DNA of 62,019 bases, the filler included, from Chiloscyllium plagiosum (lineage: Eukaryota), in NCBI RefSeq assembly GCF_004010195.1. It is 4 parts of one record of this genome, joined end to end, with 100 filler letters (N's around TTAATTAATTAA, not from the genome) between each part and the next. Parts side by side here need not be neighbours in the genome. Positions count along the whole stretch, not along the records: positions 26,621 to 37,835 come from NC_057717.1; positions 37,936 to 46,979 come from NC_057717.1; positions 47,080 to 62,019 come from NC_057717.1; 1 more part is not named here. One strand, 5' to 3'. The translations under genes were made by a program, and so were the position numbers. Below, in pieces: positions 36,157 through 48,059 of the stretch. The notes below the pieces were generated by a model. It had not been told where the DNA came from. It searched no databases and was given only the letters and a program-made list of their open reading frames with translations. The first letter of the stretch is position 1, and every line of letters begins with the position of its first letter.

Positions 36157-36425
36157 TGGTATGGTAGTGTAGTGCGTAGTGTCCCTGCCTCTGAGCTAGA
36201 GCTCTCGAATTGATTCCAGTTCCTGAACTTGTGTGGTAGTGTTCCTACCTCTGGACTAAAATGTCTGAATTCAAGTCCTGCCTGTTGCAGAGGTGCGTCA
36301 CAGCATGTCAGAACAAGCTGATGAACAATCACACAGGCGAATACTGTTACAGATTTATGGGTATTGCCGAGTGGTGCCAGCTTCCTGATCTTCGGGCACA
36401 AAGGTCCAGGTCTAAAGCCCACAAA
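36157..36425 (+). repeat. Multimeric tRNA-derived (SINE-head-like) degenerate repeat
   Basis: Two to three units of gtagtgt(c/t)cct(g/a)cctctg..(B-box-like)ttcaagtcc. Confidence 0.45.
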
Positions 36426-36579
36426 AGTGTCTCAGGATACATTTGAACAAAATTATTAAAATGGTTTTAGAATTGTGACCTGATGGAGAAAGAAGAGGCA
36501 TCTGTATTGAATTTGAGAATTTAGGCCCGGGATGACTAAAAACGCAGCCATTCGTGTTGATTGGAGTCACATTTCATAG

Positions 36580-36810
36580 CAGTAGAGGTTTATAAAATCA
36601 GAACGTTCATGAATAGGGTGAGTAGTCAGGGTTTTCGCCCTGGTTACGAGTGTCCAAAACCAGAGGGCATTGGTTGAAAGTGAGAGAGGAAAGATTTTGA
36701 AGAGGCCTAAGGGGCATTTTTTCACGCAGAGGCTGGTGTGCGTATGGAATGAGCGGCCAGAGGAATGATGGAGCCTGGAAAAACTACAGCATGTAAAAGG
36801 CATCTGGATG
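36580..36810 (+). mobile_element. CR1 3' fragment
   Basis: Similar to 11890-12120. Confidence 0.8.
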
Positions 36811-37249
36811 CTGACAGACCTGCCGAGCTCTTCCAGCAATTTCTGTATTTGTTACAAAATGCATTCATTTTAACACAGGTATTCTGAATACAGTCACATT
36901 TTATTATTTAATGACGCAGAGATATCTAAACATATCTTCAAATCGACCGAGATCATTTTCTGCTGAGGGTATGGCTCTGTGTATGATAACAGCCATGATG
37001 CACCTACATGGAACAGGGAATGTGATGGAGACATAGTTTGGACAATGTACAAGGAGACCTCACATGATCCAGTTCGGGAGAGGATGACATTACTGTGTGA
37101 TTCAACTCAGAGAGGGAGACAATGTAATCTGCCCGAGAACAAACAGACTATTGAATTCTCTTTCCTTCATTGTTCCTCATCACAGCAATGTGTGCAAGCT
37201 GTAAAAAAAAGCTCGACAGTCATCGTTACCATTCTTATTTTTGTAGAAT

Positions 37250-37577
37250 TCCTGATGGGTGAAAACAGGCCCTTCTTCCCAACAAGTCCATACCAACCTT
37301 CCAAAGATTAACTTTCCCAGACCCGTTCCCTTACATTTACACCTGACTAATGCACCTAACCTACAAATCCCTGAACACGCTGGACAATTTAGCATGAGTA
37401 CTCCACCTAACCTGCACAGCTTTGGACTGTGGGAGGAAACTGGATCACCCATTAGAAGCTCACACAGACAAGGGGAGAATATGCAAACCCCACACAGAGA
37501 GTCACCCGACGCTGCAATCAAACCCAAGTCCCTGGTGCTGTGAGGCATCAGTGCTAACCACTGAGCCACTGTGCTAC
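37250..37577 (-). mobile_element. HE1-type V-SINE
   Basis: Reverse complement of the HE1 head and core (STVAQWLAL..pseudo-translation; ggactgtgggaggaaac). Confidence 0.88.
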
Positions 37578-37835
37578 CCTTTGGGCAATCCTGACCAGAA
37601 TGCATTGGAATCTCCTCACTGCCTAATGCAAAGGCAATTCAGCCAAATCCAACTGTTCCAGGATGAAATCCCATTATTCGCGGTTTGTGTGAGTAGAATA
37701 TCTTCAGAAGCAGAATAACATTTGAGACAATCTCTCAATTTTTCCTTTCGTCATGAGTTAGACTAATATGTGGACAACGTTCTTTCAACTTGAACTTGCA
37801 GAGATTTTATTTATCGGTTTTGTGTGTGTGTGTGT

Positions 37836-37935
37836 NNNNNNNNNNNNNNNNNNNNNNNNNNNNNNNNNNNNNNNNNNNNTTAATTAATTAANNNNNNNNN
37901 NNNNNNNNNNNNNNNNNNNNNNNNNNNNNNNNNNN
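37836..37935. other. Artificial scaffold linker N44-TTAATTAATTAA-N44
   Basis: 12-mer at 37880-37891. Confidence 0.95.
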
Positions 37936-37949
37936 CAAGTCAGTGAGCA

Positions 37950-38100
37950 AACGTGTGGCATGGTGTCTCGTTGGTTAGCACGGCTGCTCAATATCTTCAG
38001 GGTCCCAGGTTCAACACTGTTTGTGTGGAGTTTGCACGTTCTTCCCCTCTCTGTTTGGGTTTCCTACGGGTGCTGCGGTTTTCTCGCACAGTCCAGAATG
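37950..38100 (+). mobile_element. V-SINE head fragment
   Basis: tgtgtggagtttgcacgttcttcccctctctgtttgggtttcc..ggtttt. Confidence 0.7.
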
Positions 38101-38329
38101 GGAAAATTGTTGAACGGATGGATGGTTTGTGATGCAGAGTGACAGCAAAAGCACATGCTCGATCCCTGCACCTGTTGAGGCTGCCATGAAAGTTCCAGTT
38201 TCTCAACATTACCCCTGCCTGAGCATGGGGACGCTCAGTTTAAAGCACCATCAGTCATCTCTCTCTCTCTCTCTTGCTCGTGAGTTTGCAGTCCTATGAT
38301 CTTCTGGGACAACGACAAGTTTCGTATTA

Positions 38330-39060
38330 AAATTTCTGTTTTGTAATGAGAAAGGAATTGCAGGGAATCTAACTGTGTGAAGCACCTTGTGTGAGAGTAA
38401 TGCACTCTGAATGGTGTACAGTCACAAAGATGATTCTGAGACTGTGGGTTACAATCTAAATGGAGAAAGTTATGATGGCATGAGACACAATAATTTGGGA
38501 AGATCACATAAAACGATGAAAAAAATTTGGAAACGCCCTTGGAGGAACTGTGACTGTTGTTCATTCCTGTCAGGCACAACATAAAACTGGAAAGGTGGCC
38601 CTGCCATGGCTCACAAAGAATATGAGGGATAGAAGTGAATCTAAGTAAGAGGCGTACCAACCGGCTAAAAAGAGCAGAATACAATTAACCTGAAATCGGT
38701 TCAGACTACAACAAAAGAAGACTGAAGGATTACTGAAGATGGAAAAATAAACCTTGAAGGGGAGATTGAACTGAACACGCAAACTAATTTTCAAAGCTTC
38801 CAAAAGTATATGAAGAGAAGAAAATGTCATTAAAACAAATTCCTGACAGTCAAACAGGTGAAGTTATAATGTGGGATGAGGAGATGGCACAAGAATTAAT
38901 TTTATATCTGGTAATGTCCGCACAAATGAAGACAAAATGATATCACTAACATGTTCGGGAATAGACAAGAGGGAGGAACTGAAGGAAACCCGTAATGGCA
39001 TAAAAGTGATCTCTGGGAAATTGGTGGCATTTACAGTGAAAATATCACATGACCTGTTAA
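38330..39060 (+). mobile_element. Old CR1 ORF2 fragment
   Basis: Degenerate similarity to the CR1 EN-RT linker region. Confidence 0.5.
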
Positions 39061-39089
39061 TTGGTAACTGAATACGCCAACTATTTAAG

Positions 39090-39955
39090 GAGGAGAAAGT
39101 GACAACTGCTGATGCTGGATATCGAAGTCAAGACTGCGGCATCACATGGCAAAGTCGAGACCGGCGCAAGCTTCCCCACTCAAAAACTCAATCACTGCCC
39201 AGCACCAACCTACCCACCTCTAACAGCACTTTCCCCAGAAACCGCAGGAATTGGAAATCCGGCGCCCATACCTCCCGATCTCCAGTGTCCAAGGCCCGAA
39301 TGAAGCCTTCTACATTCGTCAGAGATTTACCTGCATTTCCACACATATGAATTACTGTCTTCGTTTCTCCCAATACGATCTCCTCTACACTGTGGAGACA
39401 GACCACCTGCGAAGAACGCTTCAGAGAACATGTGTGCGACGCCTGCACAAACCAACCTCACCACCTTGTGGCCGAACACTTAAACAACCCGCTCCCACTC
39501 GACCAAGGACATGAAGGTTCTGGGCCTCCCCCACTGCCAAGTCCTAACTAACGAACGCTTGTCTGGAGAACGCCTCATCTTCCACCTTAGGGCCATCCAA
39601 CCTCACGGGATTAATGTGAATTGCAAAAATTTCCTCATTACCCCTTCGCCCCCCCACCTTATCCCAAATCCAAGCTTCGAACTCAGCAACTCCCTCATGA
39701 CCCGTTCTACAACGTCGAACTTCCTTCTCACCTATCCACTCCACCATCCTCTCTGACCTGTCCCATCATCCCCACTTTCATTTCGCTATTGCAGTGTCAG
39801 CTCCCATGCCCCCGAACCAGCCCCTTTCAAATATCTTACCACTGTCTTGGCTCACTAGACTCATTCCTGGTGAAGGCGTTTTGCTCAAAACGTCAATTCT
39901 CCTGCTCATCGGATTCTGCCTGACCAGATGTACTTTTGCAGCACCAAACTCGACA
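39090..39955 (+). mobile_element. Penelope-like element (family 3) with inverted 5' terminal segment
   Basis: FYIRQRFTCISTHMNYCLRFSQYDLLYTVET (GIY-YIG) and MKVLGLPHCQ..ERLIFHL; decayed hammerhead at ~39866-39895. Confidence 0.85.
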
Positions 39956-41164
39956 ATAGTGATTTAACTCAATAACCTTTGATTTCAGCCCCATGCACAC
40001 CAAAGACAGATTAACAAATAGTGAAGCGATAACTTAAACGAAAACAAACAAACTGATCCAAGGATAACGGCCGTTGAACGGGGCGTGTCAGTGCAAAGAA
40101 GCCTGATGCTCTCTGCGTCTTTAATCACGGCCCGTAAAACCATTTGTTTGGGGTTAGAGTCCTGCTCAGATCAGTCATGAAACCTATATATNNNNNNNNN
40201 NNNNNNNNNNNNNNNNNNNNNNNNNNNNNNNNNNNNNNNNNNNNNNNNNNNNNNNNNNNNNNNNNNNNNNNNNNNNNNNNNNNNNNNNNNNNNNNNNNNN
40301 NNNNNNNNNNNNNNNNNNNNNNNNNNNNNNNNNNNNNNNNNNNNNNNNNNNNNNNNNNNNNNNNNNNNNNNNNNNNNNNNNNNNNNNNNNNNNNNNNNNN
40401 NNNNNNNNNNNNNNNNNNNNNNNNNNNNNNNNNNNNNNNNNNNNNNNNNNNNNNNNNNNNNNNNNNNNNNNNNNNNNNNNNNNNNNNNNNNNNNNNNNNN
40501 NNNNNNNNNNNNNNNNNNNNNNNNNNNNNNNNNNNNNNNNNNNNNNNNNNNNNNNNNNNNNNNNNNNNNNNNNNNNNNNNNNNNNNNNNNNNNNNNNNNN
40601 NNNNNNNNNNNNNNNNNNNNNNNNNNNNNNNNNNNNNNNNNNNNNNNNNNNNNNNNNNNNNNNNNNNNNNNNNNNNNNNNNNNNNNNNNNNACTGGCACT
40701 CCGAGATCCCTCTGTACTTTGGCTTTACGAATTTTCTCACCGTTTAGAAAGTAACCCATGCTTCTATTCTTTTTTTCCAAAGTGCAAGACCTCGCATTTG
40801 CTCACATTGAATTCCATCAGCCATTTCCTGGACCACTCTTCCAAACTGTCTCGATCCTTCTGCAGCCTCCCCACTTCCTCAGTACTACCTGCCTGTCCAC
40901 CTAACCTAATTCCCTACCCTCTGTGAGAAGAAAGCGTTTCCTAGAACCTATTAATATTAACGAAGAAGGTAAGCCCAACTGCATTGATAAGAGTGAAAGA
41001 CCCTGATAATAAGCCAGTACTTAAATGACAGTTGTAACCTTAAAAGGCACTCAAAATCCAGAATAAAGTATCCCGAACTTTAAAAAAAAAAAACAATCAA
41101 TGTAATTTATCACATTCTCAGTTTCTATTTCGAACACAATGAGTGATTGTCCATCATTGTCATG

Positions 41165-41482
41165 TTTCAATAGATTACTTACAGTGTGGAAACAGGTCCT
41201 TCGGCCCAACAATGCCACACGAACACTCTGAAGAGCAACCCACCCAGACCCTCTCTCCTACGTTTACCCCTCCACCTAACACTACGGTCAATTTAGCATG
41301 GCCAATTCAAGTAACCGGCACATCTTTGGACTGTGAGAGGAAACCGGAACACCCAGAGCAAACCCACGTAGACACGGGAATAATGTGCAAACTCCACGCA
41401 GACAGTTGCCCGAAGTGGGAATTAAACCCGGATGTCTGGTGCTGTGAGGCAGCAGTGCTAACCATTGTGCCACCATGCCACC
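41165..41482 (-). mobile_element. HE1-type V-SINE
   Basis: GGMVAQWLALLPHSTRHPG pseudo-translation, equivalent to the HE1 head on the minus strand. Confidence 0.9.
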
Positions 41483-42629
41483 CATCAATGCAATTGCCTT
41501 TTGTTTTTTCTCACAACGCTTCACATTAATCTTCACTCCTTCTGGCTCCATGATCGCAGGGATTAGTCTGGTGAAACTCCTTTACAATGCCTCAGTTGCA
41601 ACGAGATCATTCTTTTTAAAGGAGAGAAAATCTGTCCATGATACCCCAAGTACTGCTTCAAAACACTCTCTCGAATGGGCACAATAATTACATGCCCTCA
41701 CTTGCCCATTTCTGTGTCTTTCTTGAGACATAAAAGCCAATTGTTTCTCTGTGCATTGCCACTGACATGGATTTGAAAGTTCCTGACATCTGTATTTGAG
41801 CATCAGTTAGGGTAGCACCAGAGGTACCGTGGAGATAAACATTACACTTCGGGAGAGACTCAATCAGAAAGAGTGCGCTTGAAACAGGGAATGGTCAACG
41901 ACCTGAATGGAAATGACCTTCAGGAATTTTGGAAACAGGCAAAGGAAGGGAGCAATCGTTCCTTTTGTTCTTCCAACATTTGATATGTGCAGACCTGATC
42001 AGGCCTGAATTTTGTGCCCATATTAAATTGAGTGACTGGTTCAGTTGTTCCACACGACATTAAAGAATGAAACACATTGCTGTGGGTTTGCAGTCAATCA
42101 GGGACCTGATCAGGGAAGGATGATTCATTGACTTCTCTAAAAGACATGAGGCAAGCAGAGATGAACAGATTATTATTCTCTGGCTCTGGATCATGTGTCA
42201 ATGACTTAAGCACCGTGTAGGAAAGATTCAGTAGAGAGAACACGTTAGAAATCCTCAAATGCAATTATTCAAAAACGGACATTTGGTTAGAAGGGACTTG
42301 GAAAAGTTGTATGCGGATTTAACAAAGGCAGAAACGACAGTTGATTTAGAAGTTGCACTGATGGCGGTACCTGGTATGATTAGTGAGTGGGGGTGATATG
42401 GAAATGCACATCTGTTCAGGACAAAAAAGGATTATAAAGTTTGACTACATTCTACTTCCGTTTCGCAGATTGTTAAGTAATTTGTCATCAATACTTTGCT
42501 CCTTATAATTCGTAAAGAGTGGAATCTTACATTCGAATTGGAAACGTTGACTTCCAAGTTTAAAAATGTTAATTACTATGAACAGCAATTCAGTTTCACC
42601 TGGTTTAGTCGACAGGTATAATTACTTTC

Positions 42630-42762
42630 CAGGAACACCAATTATAGCGAGGATTGGAAATTAACCAGCTTGAATAATGATCAGAACATGATAGATGCGC
42701 GATGTTAATGCTATCCAAGGCTGAGAAAGCATGTAAAGCCCCTCGGATAAAATCCTGTCCAT
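42630..42762 (-). pseudogene. GPCR (GPR139-like) first coding exon, copy 3; premature stop and mutated donor
   Basis: MDRILSEGLYMLSQPWIALTSRIYHVLIIIQAG*FPILAIIGVP; TAA at 42663-42661. The donor reads G|GAAAGT instead of G|GTAAGT. One 42-bp unit upstream. Confidence 0.72.
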
Positions 42763-43439
42763 TTTTCTTAATCCAATATTGACACATTCCAGTCTAACGT
42801 TCCGAGATTCTGATCTCTCCTCTCCTCTCTGGAGCTAGTGATGCTTATTAGTGCGGTCAGTGATGTTCCCACTCAAACTATAAAATAACGTATTGAACCT
42901 AGACTCTAACTAATACAAGAAGCAAACCCTCTAGTGACACGTTTAGGATCCACGGAGACGGACATCAATCACAGTCGCTGCACAAATAGCTCCAATTAAC
43001 CCATTTCCGTTCAATACTATCTTTAAAAAATGCAAAATATTGTTTAAAATGTCTACGTTGTGTATTGGGTATGTGAGGATGGCTGAGGGAAGAAATGTTG
43101 GAGATCGTAGATCGCTTGTGTATAACCATGCAATCTTCTTTGGATATGGGAGTAATGCCAGAAGTTTATCAGAACAAAAACATAAATATACTCCAGACTA
43201 TCAGGTTGTGTCATTGGCGTTCAAGTTTGTCAATATATTCAATTCAAACTTGATTGGAGGTTTATATATTTCGGTTCGAATTTAAATTGATCGGCAGAAT
43301 TCGAATTTATTTTTGTTTCCAAGCAACGAACTAATCAAGTTGTTCGACTCAATGTTACATTATTACCTTTTTGAGTACACTTGGTGCGCTGATCGGGACA
43401 TGGGCTGCATTTAACTTTCTTAAAGGAACACTCACATCT

Positions 43440-46400
43440 TTGAACACCCGCCTTAAGAAAAAAATGAACTGTCATAATGCCAAGATGGTTTCATGCTTTT
43501 CTACCTTTTAAACAGATTACCATGACATGCCGGTAACTTCCATGTAATTTCACCTTTACATCTTCTCATAAGCCTATACATACAGTGTGTTATAAAACAA
43601 ATACAAATCTCATCTAAACTCTTATCAGTAAAACCAGCGATAGCGAGTCTGCGATTACATACTTCCGACCTGCACCATGTATGATTTCTAAATTAAAATT
43701 CTGTAACTTTAGTCTCCAATGAAATAGTCTCATATTCTTATCTTAAATCCGTTCTAAGAACGCAAGCGAATTGTGTTCAGTGCACGCAATCATCACTGGC
43801 ATATTGTATGTGACGTACACAGCAGAATGCTGGAAGGCCAGTTCCTTTTGATCCTGGAATATTTCCTCTGGTGGATGTTGATCCTCTTCGAAAAGTAACT
43901 AACTGGAAGTTCAATCTCATCCTCATTTTCCAGTCGGACACAGCTCCACTTGTTCTGTCAGTAGAATCGATGGCGACTTCAAAAGTGTTCGAAACGTTTG
44001 GTGCAGCTGAAACTGGTTTGGTGGTTTGTATTGGTTTAAATAATCGAATTACTTCTGGCATAGTTCTGTTCAATGAAACTTTGTGTTCATTTTCAGCAAA
44101 TCGGTTAACGGGGCCAATACACTGCTGAAGTTTGGAACAAACCTCCGATCGAATCCACTGAGACCTCAGATTCGAAGCATCGTTTGTTTGGGATTGGTCG
44201 TGGAAATACATCATTGGCCTTCGTCTTTGTGTTTCGTGGGGTCCACCTTCATGACCGATGTTATATCCCAAAAAACGTCACCTCTGCTTTCGCGAGTACA
44301 GTTTTATTTATGTTTATCACCGGTTTTGCTTCTCACAGTGGCTCAAAAGCGCTGTCAACTGTACCATGTGATCTTTCCAGGGCTTATGAAAGATCACTTC
44401 GTCGTCCAAATGGACTGAACGGTTTCTTAACCCAATCACAACTGTGTTAATGAGTCTTTGGAATGTGCTAGGCGCGTTCTTCATTCCAAAGGCCGTCACT
44501 TTAAACTGATATTGGCCATTTAGGGTTAAAAATGGAGAAATTTATTTTGGTGTCTTTGATAAAGGTACTGCCAGTAAACACGCATTAAGTAAAACTTGGG
44601 GATGTAACTAGCTTGGAGGAGATACTGGAGATCAGAGCCGAAAATATGCCGCTGGAAAAGCGTAGCAGGCCAGGCAGCATCCAAGGAGCAGGAGAATCGA
44701 CGCCTCGGGCATGAGCCCTTATTCATTCCTGCTCCAGGACTTTTCCATTTTCAATCTAATTTGAGGTACCCCAAATCCACATAATCGGGATTTGTTTCCT
44801 CACTCTGTGGGGCAGTAACTAACACCTGTTTCTCCAGTTCTTTGTCGCCAATGTAATGCTGGTTCAACATGTTCACATGGCATACCTGATACGATTTTCT
44901 ACTATCTGACGTCTTCACTAAATAGTTTCCTTGACTCGCCTTTTTTCTTCATTGTTAGCGACCACTGAAACTAGTTTTGAAGGGAACGCCTATCACTAGT
45001 AACAGGACTAACACGTTATCCCTAGGGTAGTCGCCCGACTCTCAAGGCTTTTATCTGCCACCTGCTTCATTCTACACTGCGCCTTCTCCAGCTGCTATTT
45101 AGCTATCCCACCAACTCGATTTAGTTTCGCCCTCACCTCCGATACATGTTCAAAGTGTGAGATCTCCGAATTTGGTCCTGTCAATTTTTCTTTAAATAAC
45201 GTCAACTGATCTCTCGCTTCATGACCGTCTATTAATTTAAAGAAAGTGAACTGAATAGATTCATGTGGGGCATCTCTAATGGCAAACAATACGAATGGGA
45301 TACCGTTATCTCAATTATTCGTGTAATTTTCACAGTATACTCTCAACATGGGCTTCAAGGTCTGATGCCACGACTCAAAAGCTCTTTGGGATTCAGCACC
45401 ATATGCATTTGATTTAAAATGTCGTACACATAATTTATCCATAATCTCCTTAAACAGGCTCCTAGTAAAATTTGATCCTTGGTCCGATTCTACCTCTTTG
45501 TGTGGCCCATATCGTATGTACAAATTCCTCTACTATGCCTCCGGAAATCTGGCAGATATATCAATCATGGTTAACAAGTACTGGTTCCCAACTTAGTTCT
45601 CGGGAGGGGACCTATAAAATAAATGATAATACACGTGAAAGTTTCTTTCAATGTAATTGGCAACAAAGGTGCTTGTTGTGTTACAGCCTGTGGCGTACCG
45701 ACATTTGGCATGTATGGCAAGTACGGCAAATGTTAACCACATCTTTGTGCATTCCAGGCCAGTGCAAATGTTTTTGTAACTAAGACTAAGTCTTCCATGA
45801 CTCGAGGTGACCTCCTACATATAGTTCACGTGCTACCTGTAACACTTCCTATCAGTATGCTATCAGCAACAGAATCTGGTGCACTTCAGCCCATTTCTCC
45901 TCTGAACTAACCTGCCGCCGTCTCCATGTCCATGTGAAGATTCTATCTTTTAGATAATAACCCTCTGAAATATTGTCTGCCTCCTTTACGGCGTATGAAT
46001 CAACATATATATTTTTTATTGTCTTGTCTTGTTGTTGCAAGTCTCTTTGGCTTTCAGAAATAAACACTTCTGCCTGACGCTCTGCCTGTTCAGGTTTATC
46101 CTGCACCAATACAAATACAGCGTATCTGCTTCATGAACCTCGACTTCTTCATCTTTCTCTTTAGTTTTCACTTCGTGCTGTGACTTATGATGGTGGAATC
46201 AGATTACCACAGAGTCTGGTAAAATACGAGGATAATTCTGTTTAACGCCTGATTTTCTTGGTCTTCTTTGGGTTTCTCCACAACAAAGGATGTCATTCCC
46301 ACTTTGGATCCTGCCAATTCATTCCCAAGAACAAGCTGAATTCCTCAAACTGACGTAACACACTCTCACCGACCTTCTCGCCAGTATTGATTTAAATAAT

Positions 46401-46979
46401 CGAATAACTTCTGGCATAGTTCTGTTCAAAGAAACTTTGTGTTCATTTTCAGCAAATCGGTTAACGGGGCCATTACACTGCTGAAGTTTGGAACAAACCT
46501 CCGATCGAATCCGCTGAGACCTCAGATTCGAAGCATCGTTTGTTCGGGATTGGTAGTGGAAACACCTCATTGCTCTTCGTCTTTGTGTTTCGTGGGGTCC
46601 ACCTTCATGACCGATGTTATGTCCCAAAAAACGTCACCTCTGCTTTCGCGAGTACAGTTTTATTTATGTTTATCACCGGTTTTGCTTCTCACAGTGGCTC
46701 AAAAGCGCTGTCAACTGTACCATGTGATCTTTCCAGGGCTTATGAAAGATCACTTCGTCGTCCAAATGGACTGAACGGTTTCTTAACCCAATCACAACTC
46801 TGTTAATGAGTCTTTGGAATGTGCTAGGCGCGTTCTTCATTCCAAAGGCCGTCACTTTAAACTGATATTGGCCATTTAGGGTTAAAAATTGAGAAATTTA
46901 TTTTGACGTCTTTGATAAAGGTACTGCCAGTAAACACGCATTAAGTAAAACTTGGGGATGTAACTAGCTTGGAGGAGAT
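43440..46979 (-). mobile_element. Decayed Gmr1-like Gypsy pol (protease end - integrase - RT - RNase H - PPT) with partial tandem duplication
   Basis: Integrase zinc finger GGHL..HWPGMHKDVVNICRTCHTCQ (~45810-45700) and core ESDQGSNF. RT FGMKNAPSTFQRL..HLDD at 44317-44499 and again at 46673-46855. RNase H FEVAIDS. The 3' end is homologous to 11510-11560. Confidence 0.9.
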
Positions 46980-47079
46980 NNNNNNNNNNNNNNNNNNNNN
47001 NNNNNNNNNNNNNNNNNNNNNNNTTAATTAATTAANNNNNNNNNNNNNNNNNNNNNNNNNNNNNNNNNNNNNNNNNNNN
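46980..47079. other. Artificial scaffold linker N44-TTAATTAATTAA-N44
   Basis: 12-mer at 47024-47035. Confidence 0.95.
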
Positions 47080-47189
47080 GACCAGAAAAAAATGCAATTG
47101 CATTACATCTATCGGAGCACAAATGATGTATTTACTGTTGGTGTAAAATGAATGAAGTGCGACAGCAGATAATGAGTGCAGTCACCTCA

Positions 47190-47950
47190 TGGTGTCTGCG
47201 CCGTTATTACAACATGTTACGGCAATTCTGCAGTGTCTCCTGCCTCACCTCGCTACTCCCAACAAACTGGGAATGAAGCAGGGAGAAGGAAAGAGAAGGA
47301 GAAGCAGCAGTACTTATGGGAAAAGCCGCAAGAAACTCAAGGTTGAGTTAATTGTTCAGAAGAAACAACATTGACTGCTTGAACTAAATCAGGGAACAGA
47401 AGTGCGACCACCAAAGCAAATCAGGCCGAAACTCAAACGCGACATTGAATTTACCTCATCAGCAACGTGGCACTTGCAGGAAGTTGAAAGAAGGAGCAGT
47501 CGATAGAGTAAGGAGGTAGCACTTCAACCCGAACCAGACTGAGCACCGCCAATCTAAACGGCAGGCGTGTTCACTAAATGAGGCACTGAGCCTCGATGCA
47601 ATTAACCTTACTCATTCATATGTGCAATCCATTAACTACTTGGGCACCGTAAATCGGAAATGTGCTTTCTGTATCAATGTTGCTCTGTGAGAATTGCAAT
47701 CAATCCCTGCTTTTGCAAAGACAGACAGTTCCCAGCTGAACATTCTCCGCTGAAAAGGCACAGGAAGATACAATCTCATCTTGCATTGGCTTCCAAATGA
47801 TGTTTTCTCCGGCTTAAACTGACAGGAAGAAAGAGGATGCGTTCATCCTCTAGGAACCTATTAACCGCGTTAATGCTCACAGAGGGAACCTCACACCAAG
47901 AGGAACAGGGTCATTGTAGTGAATTGACCAGGAGTGATGCGTGAGTCAGC
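47190..47950 (+). mobile_element. Possible very decayed Harbinger (HARBI1-like) transposase remnant
   Basis: Only weak cues: a basic N-terminal stretch and gat gcg ttc atc ctc (DAFIL, cf. the HDAFIL catalytic motif) at ~47836. Confidence 0.25.
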
Positions 47951-48059
47951 ATAAACAGCGGGCATTTAAGGCTAACCCATTAATACCGACACTGAGTCTT
48001 GCACCTCCAGCTCCAAGCTCACTTCCGACACAACGCTACAAGTACCGCCTCAGCAAAGT

